Position numbers and translations under genes: made by a program. This document shows positions 1-14,047 of a DNA stretch of 64,000 nucleotides, one piece after another (the first letter of the stretch is position 1; each line of letters opens with the position of its first letter). Under the pieces are notes generated by a model. That model worked only from the letters and a program-made list of their open reading frames with translations, was not told the DNA's origin and ran no database searches. Origin of the DNA: Cycas panzhihuaensis (Eukaryota; Plantae; Cycadophyta); NCBI GenBank assembly GCA_023213395.1, contig CM041465.1, positions 149,179,741 to 149,243,740 on the forward strand. Direction: 5' to 3'.

Positions 1-770
1 TCAAAATGCTTCATAAAGTTTATGCCTAGGTGAAAGGTCAAATGATAAGTTTGACAAATATTTTTTTTATAATTTAAATTTTTAATACATTATATAATGA
101 TATTAAATTTTTTTAAGTACTTTTAAAAGCTCTCATAGCCCTTGGTCTAGTCATATACAAGTTTTAATGTGACTAGGGCCCCAAAGGAGCAGTGGTTTTT
201 CTTTTTTAACTTTTTCACCAAAAAGTATAACTATTCTCAATAAATTGGTGATATCTCTCTTATAAAACATTAGAATTAAGTGTCATTAATCATGTTACAA
301 AGCTAACTCATAGGGATTTCTAACAAGTGGTCACACAATATGCTTTGAAGATGTTTCAAGGTAGTTTTAATGGTTTGAAATTTGGACTTGAGTTTGACAA
401 GGTATGAAAATAGATATTATGATTAAAGAAATAGGTGTTTTTCCATATATTTATGTTTAGATAACCATTTTTATAGGTTTATTCCATAGTGTAGTGGATG
501 TGATTGAGGTTTTTTAGCTCAAAGTTTTACCTAAAGGTACAACTTTAATTGGGAGAGGCAAAAACATGTGAAATATAAGTGGATGAAGGTTGCTTGGTAG
601 GTAAATATTGGTGAATCATAGATAGGATGGTCATTTTAGAGGACCAGTAGGTACTGTGGTCGGTTGCCCATATGCTCCAATATATGATTAGATTTTATAT
701 AGACCCAACATCACATTTGAAGTAGTTATATGGTATAGATTAGATATTAAGAGGGAAATATTAGGTAATG

Positions 771-1068
771 TAAAAAGAGTGGATCTATCCTTCAACTCCA
801 TGCACTAAACACAAAGGCAAACATGGGAGCAAGAGAGACTTGAGAGAAAGAAAGTAGCTCTTATAAAATGGGGAGGTAAGAATGAGCCTCCTCTATTAAG
901 TTTTTACTTTTATATTGAGAGAGGGAACACTAGAGTTAGGTGAAATGAAATTATACATAATGCATATGAAAGTGCATTTCACTTAAGTGATCTAATTTAA
1001 AGTTCACTTAAGACCCTTTTTAGAAATAATTAACTAATATAATGACCTTGTGATATTAACTATTTTCA
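771..1068 (-). repeat. 3' LTR of copia A
   Basis: Ungapped match to 14048-14345, next to the PPT and the TSD. Confidence 0.95.
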
Positions 1069-1537
1069 ATCTCCCCCTTAATGGTAGAAGGTCATTTCAT
1101 CCTATTTTATTCTATCCTATGAGGTCTTCATTTGAGCCTTTTACAAAACAAACTACTATGACACTTTCGTAGGAAACCCTCATGGGGAAGAAAACCCATA
1201 GATTTTCTAATCTACTAACTTGGCTCAAGTAACTCTTTAAATGAAGCTAGATAGCTAATTAATATAATGAAATTTGTAGCTAAAATATACTAAGTCTCCA
1301 TATACCATTTGGTTATCCCCCAAGCCCTTTCGAGTTTTCATAAGTTATGATTTTCTAAAATGATACAACCCTTATCCTTTCATGCCTATAAGGGGTTTTC
1401 ACAAATGGGATAGAGCAAAGACTTACTCTTGTCCTTTTGCACCCACAAGGGATTTTCACAAATGAGACATAGTATGATGGTCCTATTATCATCTCCTTTA
1501 ATAAGTCAAAAATGGAGGCCCTAAGGCTGAGTTACTT

Positions 1538-2834
1538 TCAGAACTGTTCAAACTTCACCTTTTTTAGTAGTTTGGTAAAGATATCAGCCACTTGATCTAC
1601 TGTGGGGTAGTACTCTAGTTGAATTGTTCCATCATGAACTAGTTCTATAATCTTGTAGACTTTTATACTTATATGTTTGGTATGATCATGAAATACATGA
1701 TTTTTAGCCATTTGTATTATAGATTGATTATCTATATGTAAGCTAGTAGAATTTGTTTGGGTGGCATTTAATATATTCAACAATTTTCTAAGCCATATCG
1801 CCTCTTTACTTGTCTCAGAAACAACAATATACCCAGCTTTGGTGGTTGAGTCTGTAACTATCTTCTTTCGTCTAGATCTCCATGATATTGGTGCTATTCT
1901 AAGAAATGTTATATACCCAGACATAGATCTTCCTATGTCTTTATCTCTGGCAAAGTCTGAGTTTGTGTATGCATAAAGTTTAAATTCTGCATTGGGTTCA
2001 TACAATAGACCATATTTATTGGTCGTCTTCAGGTACCTCAACACTCGTATTGTAGCTTGCTAGTGATTCTGCTTAGGATTTATCATAAATCTTATAAGAA
2101 TGATGACATAGTGTGCAATATCTATTCTTGTGTTAGTAGTATAGATGAGACTACCTACAAATTGCTTATAGAGTGTTGCGCTTGCCTCCCTAGTGTCACC
2201 ATCAACTAAAAGTTTAATATTAGGTTCCATAGGTATATCCACTGGTCGAGCACCTTCCAACTGAAACTTTGTTAGAAGATCATTGATATATTTTTCTTGG
2301 GAGAGAAATATTTTTCCATTCTTTTGAGTTACTTCAATTCTCAAGTAATATTTCATCAACCCGATCTCAGAAGATTCAAAAGTTTTAGTAAGGTCCTTCT
2401 TCAACTGGTTGATTACCTATTCACTATTCCCATTATTAGCATATCATTCACAAAGATTAAAAGGTATGTGACTTTATCATTTTGGTGCTTAATGAATAAT
2501 GTTGTATCAATATCTTGATAGTTACAAACCTCATATCCAAGTTACCTCATTCTTTTAGACAACTTGGTAAACCAAGCACAGGGGGCTTGCTTTAGGCCAT
2601 ATAAGGACTTTCTGATCCTGTAAACCTTATGCTCCTGACAAAAAATCTTGTATCCTTCTAGTTGTGCCATGTAGATTTCTTCTTTAAGGTTCCCATTAAG
2701 AAATACGGTCTTAATATCAAGTTGGTGGATTTTCCAACCTTGTTAAGTAGCCAAGGCTATAAGAGTTCTAATTATAAGTGACTTGGTTATAGGAGCAAAG
2801 ATTTTAGTATAGTCAATGCCTTCTCTTTGTGTGA
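1538..2834 (-). pseudogene. Copia A RT and RNase H (3' part of pol)
   Basis: ORFs 2060-2404 (YKQFVGSLIY..NTRIDI) and 1538-2044 (AYTNSDFA..ISWRS..HTKHI..ADIFTK) match copia RT/RNase H motifs. Confidence 0.92.
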
Positions 2835-2839
2835 ATCCT

Positions 2840-5800
2840 TGTTAGCGTGGCAATTAATTATTAAGCTACTTAATTAATGTGGTTTAATTATGTGAAAAGG
2901 TGTGAGCGAAAAAGTGTAACTTATTCAAAGGGTCACAACCCTAATCGGGTGGCACCTCTTGAAGAGTATAAAAGCCTTGAGGCCTTGTATATTCATCATC
3001 CAAGTTCATTGTGTAATAATCAATGATCCCTTGAGGATCCTTTTGTAGTGGGTTTTTTTCCCAAAAGGGTTTCCCACGTATATCCTGTGTTCTGTGCCTA
3101 TCTTCTGTGTATATTTTATATTGTGCTTGCTATGTATGGTAAAAGATCCTACATATGAGAACACATATATGTCTTTATATTCTCGAACATGGTATCAAAG
3201 CGATAGGGTCCTACATGGCTAAAGCTTGACGGTGAGCGGGGAGATTTGATCGTTGGTTGCCGGGTGATGCCGTCTGACCCAAGACGAATCTTGAGGGTCC
3301 ATCAACTCTAGCATCATGCAGAAGCATGCATAGAAAATCAGTGGTTGTTGGAGTAGTAGAGATCACTATTCAACAAAGTGTAAGGGTTATTAAAGTCAAT
3401 ATTCAAGCATGCAGAACTTGTTCTATTGGTGACTTGGTAGCTTTGAGGCAACCTTCTTTGTATATAAATAAGTTGATCAGAACACAATAAAACTCATAAG
3501 GAAATAGCACTTTCTGTAGTCATCTACCTACAAGTCTGTATAAGGGAGAGATTGGAGCCTTTTTTGGATCAAGCCACCGCTACACTTGGTTTAGGTGTTG
3601 TATCTAGCAGATCTTCATATTTTTTGAGTTGTTGTGCTTTTGTGACCCCTCTCCTTGGGCGAATTCACTGTATTGAGCCTACACCTATGTGTTAAGACAT
3701 TGCTAGGCTATTTTGGAGACTTGTATACATAAAATAAGTGTTGCACAACCTAAAACAACAAAGATATACAAAGCTAAAGTATAAATTGTGCTGGCTGGGC
3801 ATGTTTCTCCTTGGTTGGGTGCCTTTCTACTGTGTTGGGCATGTTTGAAGTGTGGCTGGGCATCTTTTCTTCTTGGCTGGGCTCCGTCTTACTTCAATCA
3901 AGCATGGCTAGGCATGTTTCTCCCTGGTTAGGCTCATTCTGAGGGTGGCAGGATTGCATTCAAGTCGTGAATCAGTCGTTCGAACAGCTAGCTTAAGGTG
4001 ATAACCAACCGCTGTCCTTAAATAGGTGTGTCCTCTCTCTCTATCCCGTGCGACTTGTCAACATGTATTTTGGTTGATTTAGTGCTAAGTTTAGACCTTA
4101 GCATAGTTTAAATCTATTTGGTTGTTGATTTAAGGCACATGGAGTAAGTGATAAGAGGCGGTTGTTCACAAAAGTCATACTTTTTGGGGAATATGTCTTT
4201 TGGTATATTCCCCTCAAAGTGAAAATATAAAGAGTGACCGTTTACACTATTGAAATATGAACTTTTGTTGATATTTGAAGATAATACTTGGAGTATTGAA
4301 GCATTGTTGACCCATTTCAAGCATGGATCGAGGCGTTGTATGTGTATTTGAGACTTGTGACCGTGCACCGTCATCTTATGGTACCTTCTTTGTACTAAAA
4401 CAAGTATTTTTTGGTCATTTGGAGTGTCAGGTGTGACGTTTAATGACCACCTAAGGATGTTTGTTGATGGAAAAGGGAAGAATTACAGTCAGTGGCTCAA
4501 GTGACGTGAGCATAATCTGTGTTAAGGTCCCTTGGAAGTATGCTCGTGAAGAAAAGGAAGGTCACAAGGGCGCATTTTCATCCTTAATATGTTTGTTTGG
4601 TGTTGTGTACTTCATTTTGTAGCTAGATATTCGAGATGGAGAAGCTTATGCAAAAGGTTATCTTTAATGGTAACAACTTCAACGAATGGAAGGCTAACAT
4701 GGAGCTAATTCTAATGGTGAACCAACTCTAGGGATTCACCAAGGCAAAACTTGAGTCAGTCCCACTTGACAATAAGGAGTGGATCAGACTTGAAGAGAAG
4801 CAATTTATGGCCATTCGGCTACTGAAACTTTCACTAGCACTGAACCAGAGAGCCCTTGTTCACAATCTAGACGACCCAACCAAGATTTGGACGAAGTTGT
4901 GTGACACTTTTGAGAAGAAGAAGATGAATAGGCATCTTACTCTGATGTTGGAACTACTCAATTTAAAAGTCGAAGATGAGAATAACATCAGCTCCTACCT
5001 GAATAAGATAACCAACTTGAAGAACAAGTTAGAAGAGTTAAAGCAGAATTCAATCGATGATGCGCTCCTATTTACGATAATCATGTCGAAGCTGCCAACT
5101 GCATTCGCCATATTCTAGACCATATATGGTAGAGATAAAGTGATGGAGGTAGAAACTTTTGACGGGTTTAAAAACCTAATTCTAGTAGAGGATGCCAAGC
5201 TAAAACATCATGGTTTTCTTGGAGGATCCGATTCTAGTCAGGCCTTAGCCATAAAAACTCAGTGGAAGGAGGCCTCGAAGGAGGAGAAGATCACATAACG
5301 ATCTGGAGAAAGCTCCTAAGACAAGAAGAAGTTTAATAGAAAGTGTAATTATTGTAAAAAGGATGGTCACCGTGAGAAGAACTATTGGTGTAAGCGTCGT
5401 GACAAATGCAAAGGCAACCAAGATGATAAAGGAAAGGGTGTTGCTGCCCATTGCATCCGAGCACAAACCTTGTCAGCCGAATCAAATCGGAGAAACTATT
5501 GGGTATTAGATTATGGAGCGTAGAAGCACATCTCTTACCAGAGGCGTAACTTTGATAAGTTGAACTCAAATCAGAGTGGAGCTGAGATTGTTCTTAGAGA
5601 TGCCCGCGTATTACCAGTGGATGGTATCGGTGATGTTTCCATTGCAGGAGGCAAGTTTTCTGGGGTATACTATGTAGCCAAGATGCAGTTGAACCTTCTA
5701 TCTGCTAGGGAGATCTGTAAACAAGGTATGAGAGTGGAGCTCTATGAAGATAAGTGTCTGATTAAGAACCCAAAACAGAATTTTACTGTCATAGCTACCA

Positions 5801-8794
5801 GAAAAGTCATGGACAACTTCTAGGTGTTTGAGAAGTTTCAATCTCCAAAGAAGTCCTATGCCTTTGTTGCTAGTACGGATGACGTGAGTAAACTGTGGCA
5901 CAATCACCTTGGGCACCTTAATTACAGTATTTCACTACTGAAGAGGTTGAAGATGGTGGATGGGCTACCGTCAGTTACCTGCTTGGATGGTGTATGTGAA
6001 GGATGCATGCATGGCAAGCATCATCGCCATCCTTTTGCTCGGGATAACACCTGGAGAGCCAAGGAGAAGCTGGAGCCTGTGCATTCAGATATTATGTGAC
6101 CACTTCCTAATCCTTCGATATCAAGAGCTCTTTATACACTCATGTTTGTGGATGATTACACTAGGAAATCCTGGGTTTATTTTCTCAAAAATAAGTCAGA
6201 TGTATTTGATCGATTTTATGATTGGAAAGCGATGGTTGAAAATGAAAGTAAAAAGAAAATAAAAACTTTACGAAGTGATAATGGTAAGGAATACGACAAT
6301 CATGAATTTAACCAGTTCTACCGCAACCATGGTATAAAGTGGGAGTTTATGGTCCTATATACCCCACAACAGAACAGAGTTGCTGAAAGAAAGAATCATA
6401 CCATGATGGAGATGGTGAGGTGTATGGTGCATGCTAAAAACCTACCACCAAAGTTTTGGGCATAAGTTATGGCGACTGTTGTTTATATATTGAATAGGTT
6501 ACCCACTCAGGCAGTTCGCAACATGACCCCCGAAGAGAAATGGACCAGTCGAAAGCCTACCATTAGTCATTTGAGAACGTTTAGGTGTATAGTGTATGCC
6601 CACATCCCTGATGATACCCACAAGAAGCTGGATTGGAAGAGTCTGAAGTGCATATTCATGGGGTATTGCACAGAGAACAAAGCTTACAGACTATGGAATC
6701 CACAGGGGGAGAAGATTGTGGTTAGTTGGGATGTTAAATTTGACAAGTCATCGACTTATCATGATGAAAGAGCATCAGAGGAAGCTTTTTACCCTCCCCT
6801 TCTCCCATTCCCAGATTCTTTAAGCGAAGAGGACGATGAGCCAATCGCTGTAGCACCTGAGGAAGCAGGACCAAGTGGGATGCGTAATAGTGAGGAACCG
6901 CCACTAGTAGAAGTACCTCTAGCAACAGGTCCTTCTATACCTTTATAGGAAAGGAAAACTCTTGAAGATTCCAGTGTGGCGATGCAAACTCTTCGCGATG
7001 ATATTTAACTAGAAGTCAAGATACCGGTGAACCATCTTTGGTCGACACCAATGACTCTAGTGATCTTGATTCGTTTGTCAAAGTGAAAGGAGATCCACAA
7101 TGGAGAGTTGCAATGGAGGAAGAGTATGGTTCTTTAATGAAGAACGATACGTGGGATTTGGTTCCACTACCTCCATCGAAGAATCTTGTTGGATGCAAGT
7201 GGGTCTATAAGATAAAGTTCCACTCTGATGGAGAGGTGGACAAGTATAAGGCTAGACTTATTACACAGGAATTCAAGCAGAAAGAAGGAATTGACTATGA
7301 GGAGATGTTTGCACCAGTCTTTAGAATGACATCAGTCCACTTACTCATTTCCTTAGTAGCTGCTTTAAATTAGGAGTTACACCAGATGGACATTAAGTTC
7401 GCATTCCTTAACGGGGATCTAAATGAGGAGATATACATGTCGCAGCCTCTCGGATTCATTAAGGATGGCCAAGAGTATCTTGTTTGCCATTTGAAGAAAT
7501 CAATCTATGGCCTGAAACAAGCACCTCATGCTTAGTATGAGAAGATGGATGCTAAGTTGAAAGATGAAGGTTTTGAAATTTCAGAACTCGACCCAAACCT
7601 GTATGTGAAAAGAAGAGGGACTTCTGTAGTTGCTTGCGTGGTGTATATGGATGATCTAATCATTGACGGTAATCGTAGCAAGGCTATAGCTAAAGTCAAG
7701 TCTAATTTGGGAGCTTTATTCGACATGACAGATCTTGGGAAACTTCACTATTTCTTGGGCATCCAGATCAGGCAGATGGAAGATAAGATCATGTTGTTAC
7801 AATCTCAATATGTGAAGAACTTATTAGAGAGATTTGGAATGCAGCAATACAAACCTGTTGCAACACCATGTGTCAAAGGCACAAGATTGCAGAAGGATAT
7901 GGCCAAACCTTCTGTGGATGGTACAATGTATCGTCAGTTGGTAGGGAGTCTCATTTATTTGACTCATACCAGGCCAGATATCGCATACGCTATTGGATTG
8001 GTTTCCCGCTACATGCAGAATCCACAGAAGCCTCATTTGGTGGTAGCAAAATGGATTTTGAAATAACTAAAGGAGACAATCAATTTTGGTCTTGGCATTT
8101 ACAATGGATATCTTATTACCATTCGTCTGTCAAAGAATCCAGAGTTTCATGCACGTATAAAGCATATTGAGATTCAGCACCATTATATTTATGAGCTAAT
8201 CAAGTCAGGGAAATTGTAGGTCGACTATTGTCCGAGTGAATTACAACTTGTGGACGTGTTTACCAAGCCTCTCACTGAAGACAATTTCACGAAGATGCAT
8301 ACCAGATTAGGACTCACCGATGTTATCCTTGAGGGGGGATGTATCAACAAGGATAAAGAAGCTGCAAGATAGTCCCAGCCTTCATGATAACTCAACTGCT
8401 GCATGTTGTAGATCCCCCATATTCACATTAAGGGGGGATGTTAGCATGGTAGTTAATTATTAAGCCACTTAATTAATGTTAATGTGGTTTAATTTTGTAA
8501 AAAGGTATGAGCAAAAAAGTGTGACTTATTTGGAGGGTCACAACCCTAATCAGGTGGCACCTCTTGGAGAGTATAAAATCCTTGAGGCCTTGTATATTCA
8601 TCATCCAAGTTCATTGTGTAATAATCAATGATCCCTTGAGGATCCTTTTGTGGTGGGTTTTTTTCCCGAAAGGGTTTCCCACGTATATGCTGTGTTATGT
8701 GCCTATCTTCTGTGTATATTTTATATTGTGCTTGTTGTGTATGGTAAAGGATCCTACATATGAGAATACATGTATATCTTTATGTTCTCGAACA
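2840..8794 (+). mobile_element. Ty1/copia LTR retrotransposon B, nested in the RT of A
   Basis: LTRs 2840-3189 and 8439-8794 (TGTTAG...GAACA). TSD ATCCT at 2835-2839 and 8795-8799. PBS tggtatcaaagc at 3190-3201 and PPT aagggggga at 8430-8438. Confidence 0.97.
4636..8372 (+). pseudogene. Copia B gag-pol, disrupted by stops, with an internal deletion in RNase H
   Basis: UBN2-like gag (FNGNNFNEWK), CNYCKKDGH..C knuckle, LWHNHLGH..CEGC, integrase FVDDYTR/LRSDNG/YTPQQN.VAER, RT YMDD and YRQLVGSL. Confidence 0.93.
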
Positions 8795-8799
8795 ATCCT

Positions 8800-11700
8800 T
8801 TTGCTACCAACCTCACCTTATGTTTTTCTAGGGTACCATCTGATCTATACTTATTTTTGAATACCCATTTATTTTAAACTACCTTTCTTCTAAGTGATAG
8901 ATCAATAAGCTCCCATGTATTGTTCTTGATATGAGATTAGTACTCTTCATTCATGGCATTTCTCTAAGTTACATGCTTTACAACTTCTTGGTACATTAGG
9001 GGCTCTTCATTAAGAGTAAGGTGTAGTTCTTCTGGTTTAAGCTCAACGAAAAGTGATTTATGCATCCTTGCTCTATGGGCACTTCTAGTGCTAATTTTGC
9101 CTACCTCATTTGGTTGTATGTCCTTATGTAGCTGGTAGGATTCACTAAAACCTTGAGTTGGGAATGAAGTTTTTATTTCCACAGCCTCTTGTTCTTCATT
9201 TTGATCCTAAAAATGATCAAGTAAAATGTTTGGCATGGAGGAAGTTGACGATGCTAGAGAAGATGGGCCAGCCATAGATGTTGTAGAAGATGATCCTTCT
9301 ACTATGTCTTTGCCTTTGTCAACTTAGTTATTCATAAATGATGGTGCTAGATGTGTACACATTGGCTGGGAGTCATAGCTTGTATCCTCCAGGGATCTAT
9401 TATTAGATTCTAAGATTTTGAGTAACTATTGAGCATCTCCCCCCCTAAATTTTAGAATCTAGATATCAAATTCAATAGCATCATTAAATCAGTATAAGGC
9501 ATCTTAGAGTCAAGTTTGAGTAATTGATCTTCAATCTCCATAAAGATAACATCTTTAGTAATGATGATTTTACACTGTGAAGGTATGGAAACCTTATATC
9601 CTTTTTTTTCCATAGGGTATATGACAAAGATGCCTTTGATGGCTCTATCTTGGAGCTTGTTTATATGCTCCTCCATAATGTGAGCATAACAAGTAGAGCC
9701 AAAAATTATGAAGTGGGAGATAGAGGGATTTTATCCATACCATATTTTATGTATAGAGGGGCTGAGATTGGAGGGATTAACAATGTTGATGCAATACACA
9801 ACAGTCCATATAGCCTTATCCCAAAGATAGATAGGGGCATTCTTATATACTAGCATAGCACACGCTATGTTTATGATGGTCTTATTCATATACTTGGAAA
9901 CTCTATTTTGTTGGGGTGTACCTACAGTAGTGGTCTAGTGTTTGATTCCATGTTGACGTAGGTACGAGTCAAACTCATTGGATGTATACTCACCACTATT
10001 ATCAGTCCTAAGTATTTTGATTTTAAATCCATATTCATTTTCTATGCAGGCCTTAAAATCTTAAAACATAGAAAAAGCTTCATCTTTCTTTGCAAGAAAA
10101 GTAACCCATACTTTCTTGATAAAATCATTAATGAAAGTAATATAGCACCACTTTTGTTTAAGAGAAGGGATGGGTATATGACTATATATATCTGAGTGTA
10201 CAAGCTATAAAGGTTGGCTAGATTTCCACTGACTACGAGGAAAGGGTTGTCTTTGAGATTTGGAAATAATACATGCTTCACATTTGAAGGGCTTAGAGGA
10301 GAGCCTACGCAAATCAGGAAGAGTGGCCTGTAGTTCTCTTAAATAATCAATTTTGATATGGCTCATACGAGTATACCATAGGGCTGCTTGGGATAACTTT
10401 TAAGGAGTCAGGGTTATGGTAAAAGCAGAGTCATTATCAACATAGTTAGCTTTAGAGGATGGTAAGTCAGTTAGGTAAAAAAGTTTGCCATCAAGAATTT
10501 TGGTCATAACCACAGTATTTGAAGGAGGGTGAATGACATAGAGAGTTTGATTATTTGTAGTCACACTTAGATCAAATCCATGAGATACAAGGATGGATAG
10601 GGAGAGTAGGTTCTGTTTTAGAGCAAGAATATATAAAACATCAACAAGTGTAAAATCTAAAAGGCCTGATATTTTCAGGCAAATAATTCCAAGTCCTTTG
10701 ACTGGCTGAGATGATTTGTCAGCCATGTGTATAACACCATGAACTTCAAAGTCAAAATATTGAAAGAACTAACAATAAAAGGTCATGTGTTATGTTGCTC
10801 CAGTATCCATGATCCATGATGAAGTATTTGAGGTGGTACTATTTACAACTCCAAGTGGTGAAAGTAAAAGTGAATAAGCATAGCCATAAGGAGCCTCAAT
10901 ATACTTAGTAGATCTATCAACAATATTTGATGAAGTGGTCCTAATGTTTTGAAGGTATGCATGAGCAAATTGCATTCCACCAAAAGCATCTTCAAAATAA
11001 GTATTATCAATATTATATGCACCATGGCATTGTTGATAACTTGGTAGTTTGTTGGTGGAAGTTCTATAATTTTTGGCATAATGTCCTTTTCTATTATACC
11101 TTTGGCACACCATTATTTGATTTCCAGTTCCATAAGAAGTATTGGGCTAGTTGAATTGTCTCTGATTACTGGATCTAGGTCCAGGTTGATTATTTTGGCC
11201 TTGGCCTTGAGACTATTTTTGTTGGAGCTGAGGAGTTTATTGACTAAGAGGACATTGTCCTTGTTGTCTACCTCTTCATCTTCCATGAGAATTACCACCT
11301 CTGTGAGAGTATTGACCTTGATTTTTGGTATAATAAAGATCTTCTTCCACTTCAAAAGTAGCATCAGTTGGATTTGATACAGTGGCAAAGTTGGTATCAA
11401 AGGTCTTATCAAATTCAATGAACTTATTAGTAAGAGCCTTAAAATTTAGAGTCTTCAAAGTGCTACTAGATTAAACACTTCCTAGTAGATTTTTATAATA
11501 TGGGATATGGAGACATGACTGAATCAAGAAAGCCCATGTAATACATTAAGTTTCAAAATCTTTATTAATGTCTTACTTAATTGGATGAATGAGATTAATT
11601 ATCTCACTTGCATGTCCTTTCTGTATTTTTAATTTATTCATCTTCAACACTAATTGAACAAATTCTAAGTTTGATTTAGTGTCAAAGTTCTTCTTAAGAA

Positions 11701-12024
11701 CTTCAAGAACTTTCTATGATGTACCATGTATAGCTTCACCAATGAGATTATGTAGGGAATAATCAGTGATAAGTAGCATCCCTACAGGATTTTATCATCA
11801 TCAAGTTTCCATTGACGTTTAGTTGCAGCTTTAATGGGAGATGTTGAAGCACCTCCTCTAGAAGGAGTTGAGGTAGTTGTAGCTACAATAGATGGTGTAG
11901 GTTGCAAGTGATCTCTCCATAGACCTTCATACTTTGTAGCATTTCTAACACTAGTGAATCACATGTCCTAATTTTCTTTCCTTTTTAGAATGCAATTTAT
12001 ATTTTCCTTGAACTGTGAAGACAT
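8800..12024 (-). pseudogene. Copia A gag-pol, 5' part (gag, zinc knuckle, protease, integrase, start of RT), with many stops and frameshifts
   Basis: Degenerate knuckle CQRYNRKGHYAKNY; protease WIMDTGAT; integrase KLQDRAIKGIFVIYP..KGYK; RT start joins across B as KVRLVAKGFTQREG. Confidence 0.9.
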
Positions 12025-14047
12025 GGTGTCTTTTGAGAAGGGAAGAAATAAATAAGGGACTATAAAAGTAATAGCAATAAATGACCAATCACTATTTATA
12101 AATGGGAGATGCCATGTAGTAGTGTAGTAGAAGGAAGAAGAAGTGAGAATGGTTTCTCAAAGATGAAGGGAGTAACTTAAAGAAAAGTCACCAATACTTG
12201 TGATAAATATCAACCTAATGCAGTAGGAATATGAGAAGTACTATGATGAAAATTAGTCACTAACACTTGTGGTAAATATTAACCTGATATAGTAGGAATA
12301 TAATAAGCACTATGATTATGATTACACTATGGATCACTTTTTACAAATAAGTGATCAATATACAAGATTGTAGGCCAATATAGAAGTTGAAATCATTGGG
12401 TGTACATAACTTAAAACTCAAATGTAGGATGCGTAATCAACCCAATAACCTCTAATTTATGTCTAATATGTAGTTGAGGTTGATGAAGGGATGCCTAGGG
12501 TTCTAGTAGAATTAAGTTGGCCTTCACCCACGATACTCGCAATTGTGCTTGGTGATGAAATCTAAGTCACAATAGAGCCCAGGTACTCCCAATCCTCACC
12601 CAATTCACTAATGAGTAGTTATATACCTCCTCTAAAGAGTGGTACATTCATACCCATGTCTATGATGGATATTGGATTAGGTATATTTTAATCTTGTATT
12701 AAAGTTTTAGTTTTCCTAGTTGGTTATTAGTATGATCCCTGATTGAGACATGATGGTATGGCTAACCAAATCTCACAAATATCCCAGTTTAGTCCAATCC
12801 CAACTTGAAACCCACACCTCCTTTATGGCATGAAATTCTACCAACCAAGGTATCTCAACCTTTATGAGTGTGTGAATAGGCACAAGATGGTAGAAAATAG
12901 TGTACATGATGTGTTCTTTTTAGGAAGAGTGAACAGATTATCGAATTGCATTAAATGTACATTTAACTAAAAATAGAATGCTTGCTTGGAGTGCTTGCTT
13001 AGAATGTCTTTAGAGTTCTTTCTTTGAGTGATTTTGGAGTGCTAAAATGCAATAGTAATAAGTGAGTGAGGACACTAGATATTACTTTGATCCAGGTGTT
13101 TTTTTCTCACTTTTACAATGGGCTTTTAAGCCTTGTAAAAAGAAGGAAGAAAATTTCTTCACTTTTTTTTTTTAAATACAAAAAAAAAGTCTTCACTAAA
13201 TCAGTAATAACTATCTCCCACGATGAAAAAATGGAGTGTCAGTTTTTGTGCTATAAACTAGACTCAGAGATTCATCTTCAAGAAGTGAAATCAAGTCTAA
13301 ATGAGTTCTAGAAATTTTTTGGCAGCCCCACAAAGTTAGGAGATTATATATTTTTAGAATTCTTACTAAAAATAACTAATGTTTACTAAAACAATAATAA
13401 CTTCCTCATACAACATCAAAACTAGGTGCCAATTTTTGTGCTAGAAAGTAGACTCATAGCTTCATCTTTGACAATTGGAATCACATCAATTGGAGCTCTT
13501 TAGAAGATTTTACAAATTTGTGAAGTTCAATAAGCAAATTTTATTTCTACAAAAATTTTAGCTTGCTAATATATCATTAACACATGATACCATATGAAAA
13601 TTTCATCATATTTTGATCACCTGGGTCCCAATATAAGCAAGGTGAGAGCATATAATGATGGATATTTTAAATATCTCACAATTCTTTAGAAAAAGTGGGT
13701 AAAACCTCCCCTTATAATAATTCTTCTAAAAGCTAAAAAAAATTCAACAGCATTTCCCCTTATTAAATGGATAAAATGAGGGGAAAGAAAAGAAGAATGA
13801 GATAGAATGAATGGCCACCAAAGGATTGGAATCCTTGGGACTTACAACTCCTTATATTATACTTCTAAACCTACAAAAGAGAAAGTGAAAGTAAACAATA
13901 CAAAATCTGCTATAATAATAACTTAAAAATGTTTCTAAATCCACTTTCATAATGTCCTTCACCACATGGATTATGGGGGAGAAGGAAGTGATGGTTCCAT
14001 TACAAGTGAAAGTGAGGAATATAAAGGAAGCAAGCTCTAATACCACA

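Noticed and set aside
8564-8860. Hydrophobic 98 aa ORF that could suggest an env or membrane protein
   Set aside because: It lies in the T-rich 3' LTR of B, crosses the element boundary, and has a stop in the 5' LTR copy.
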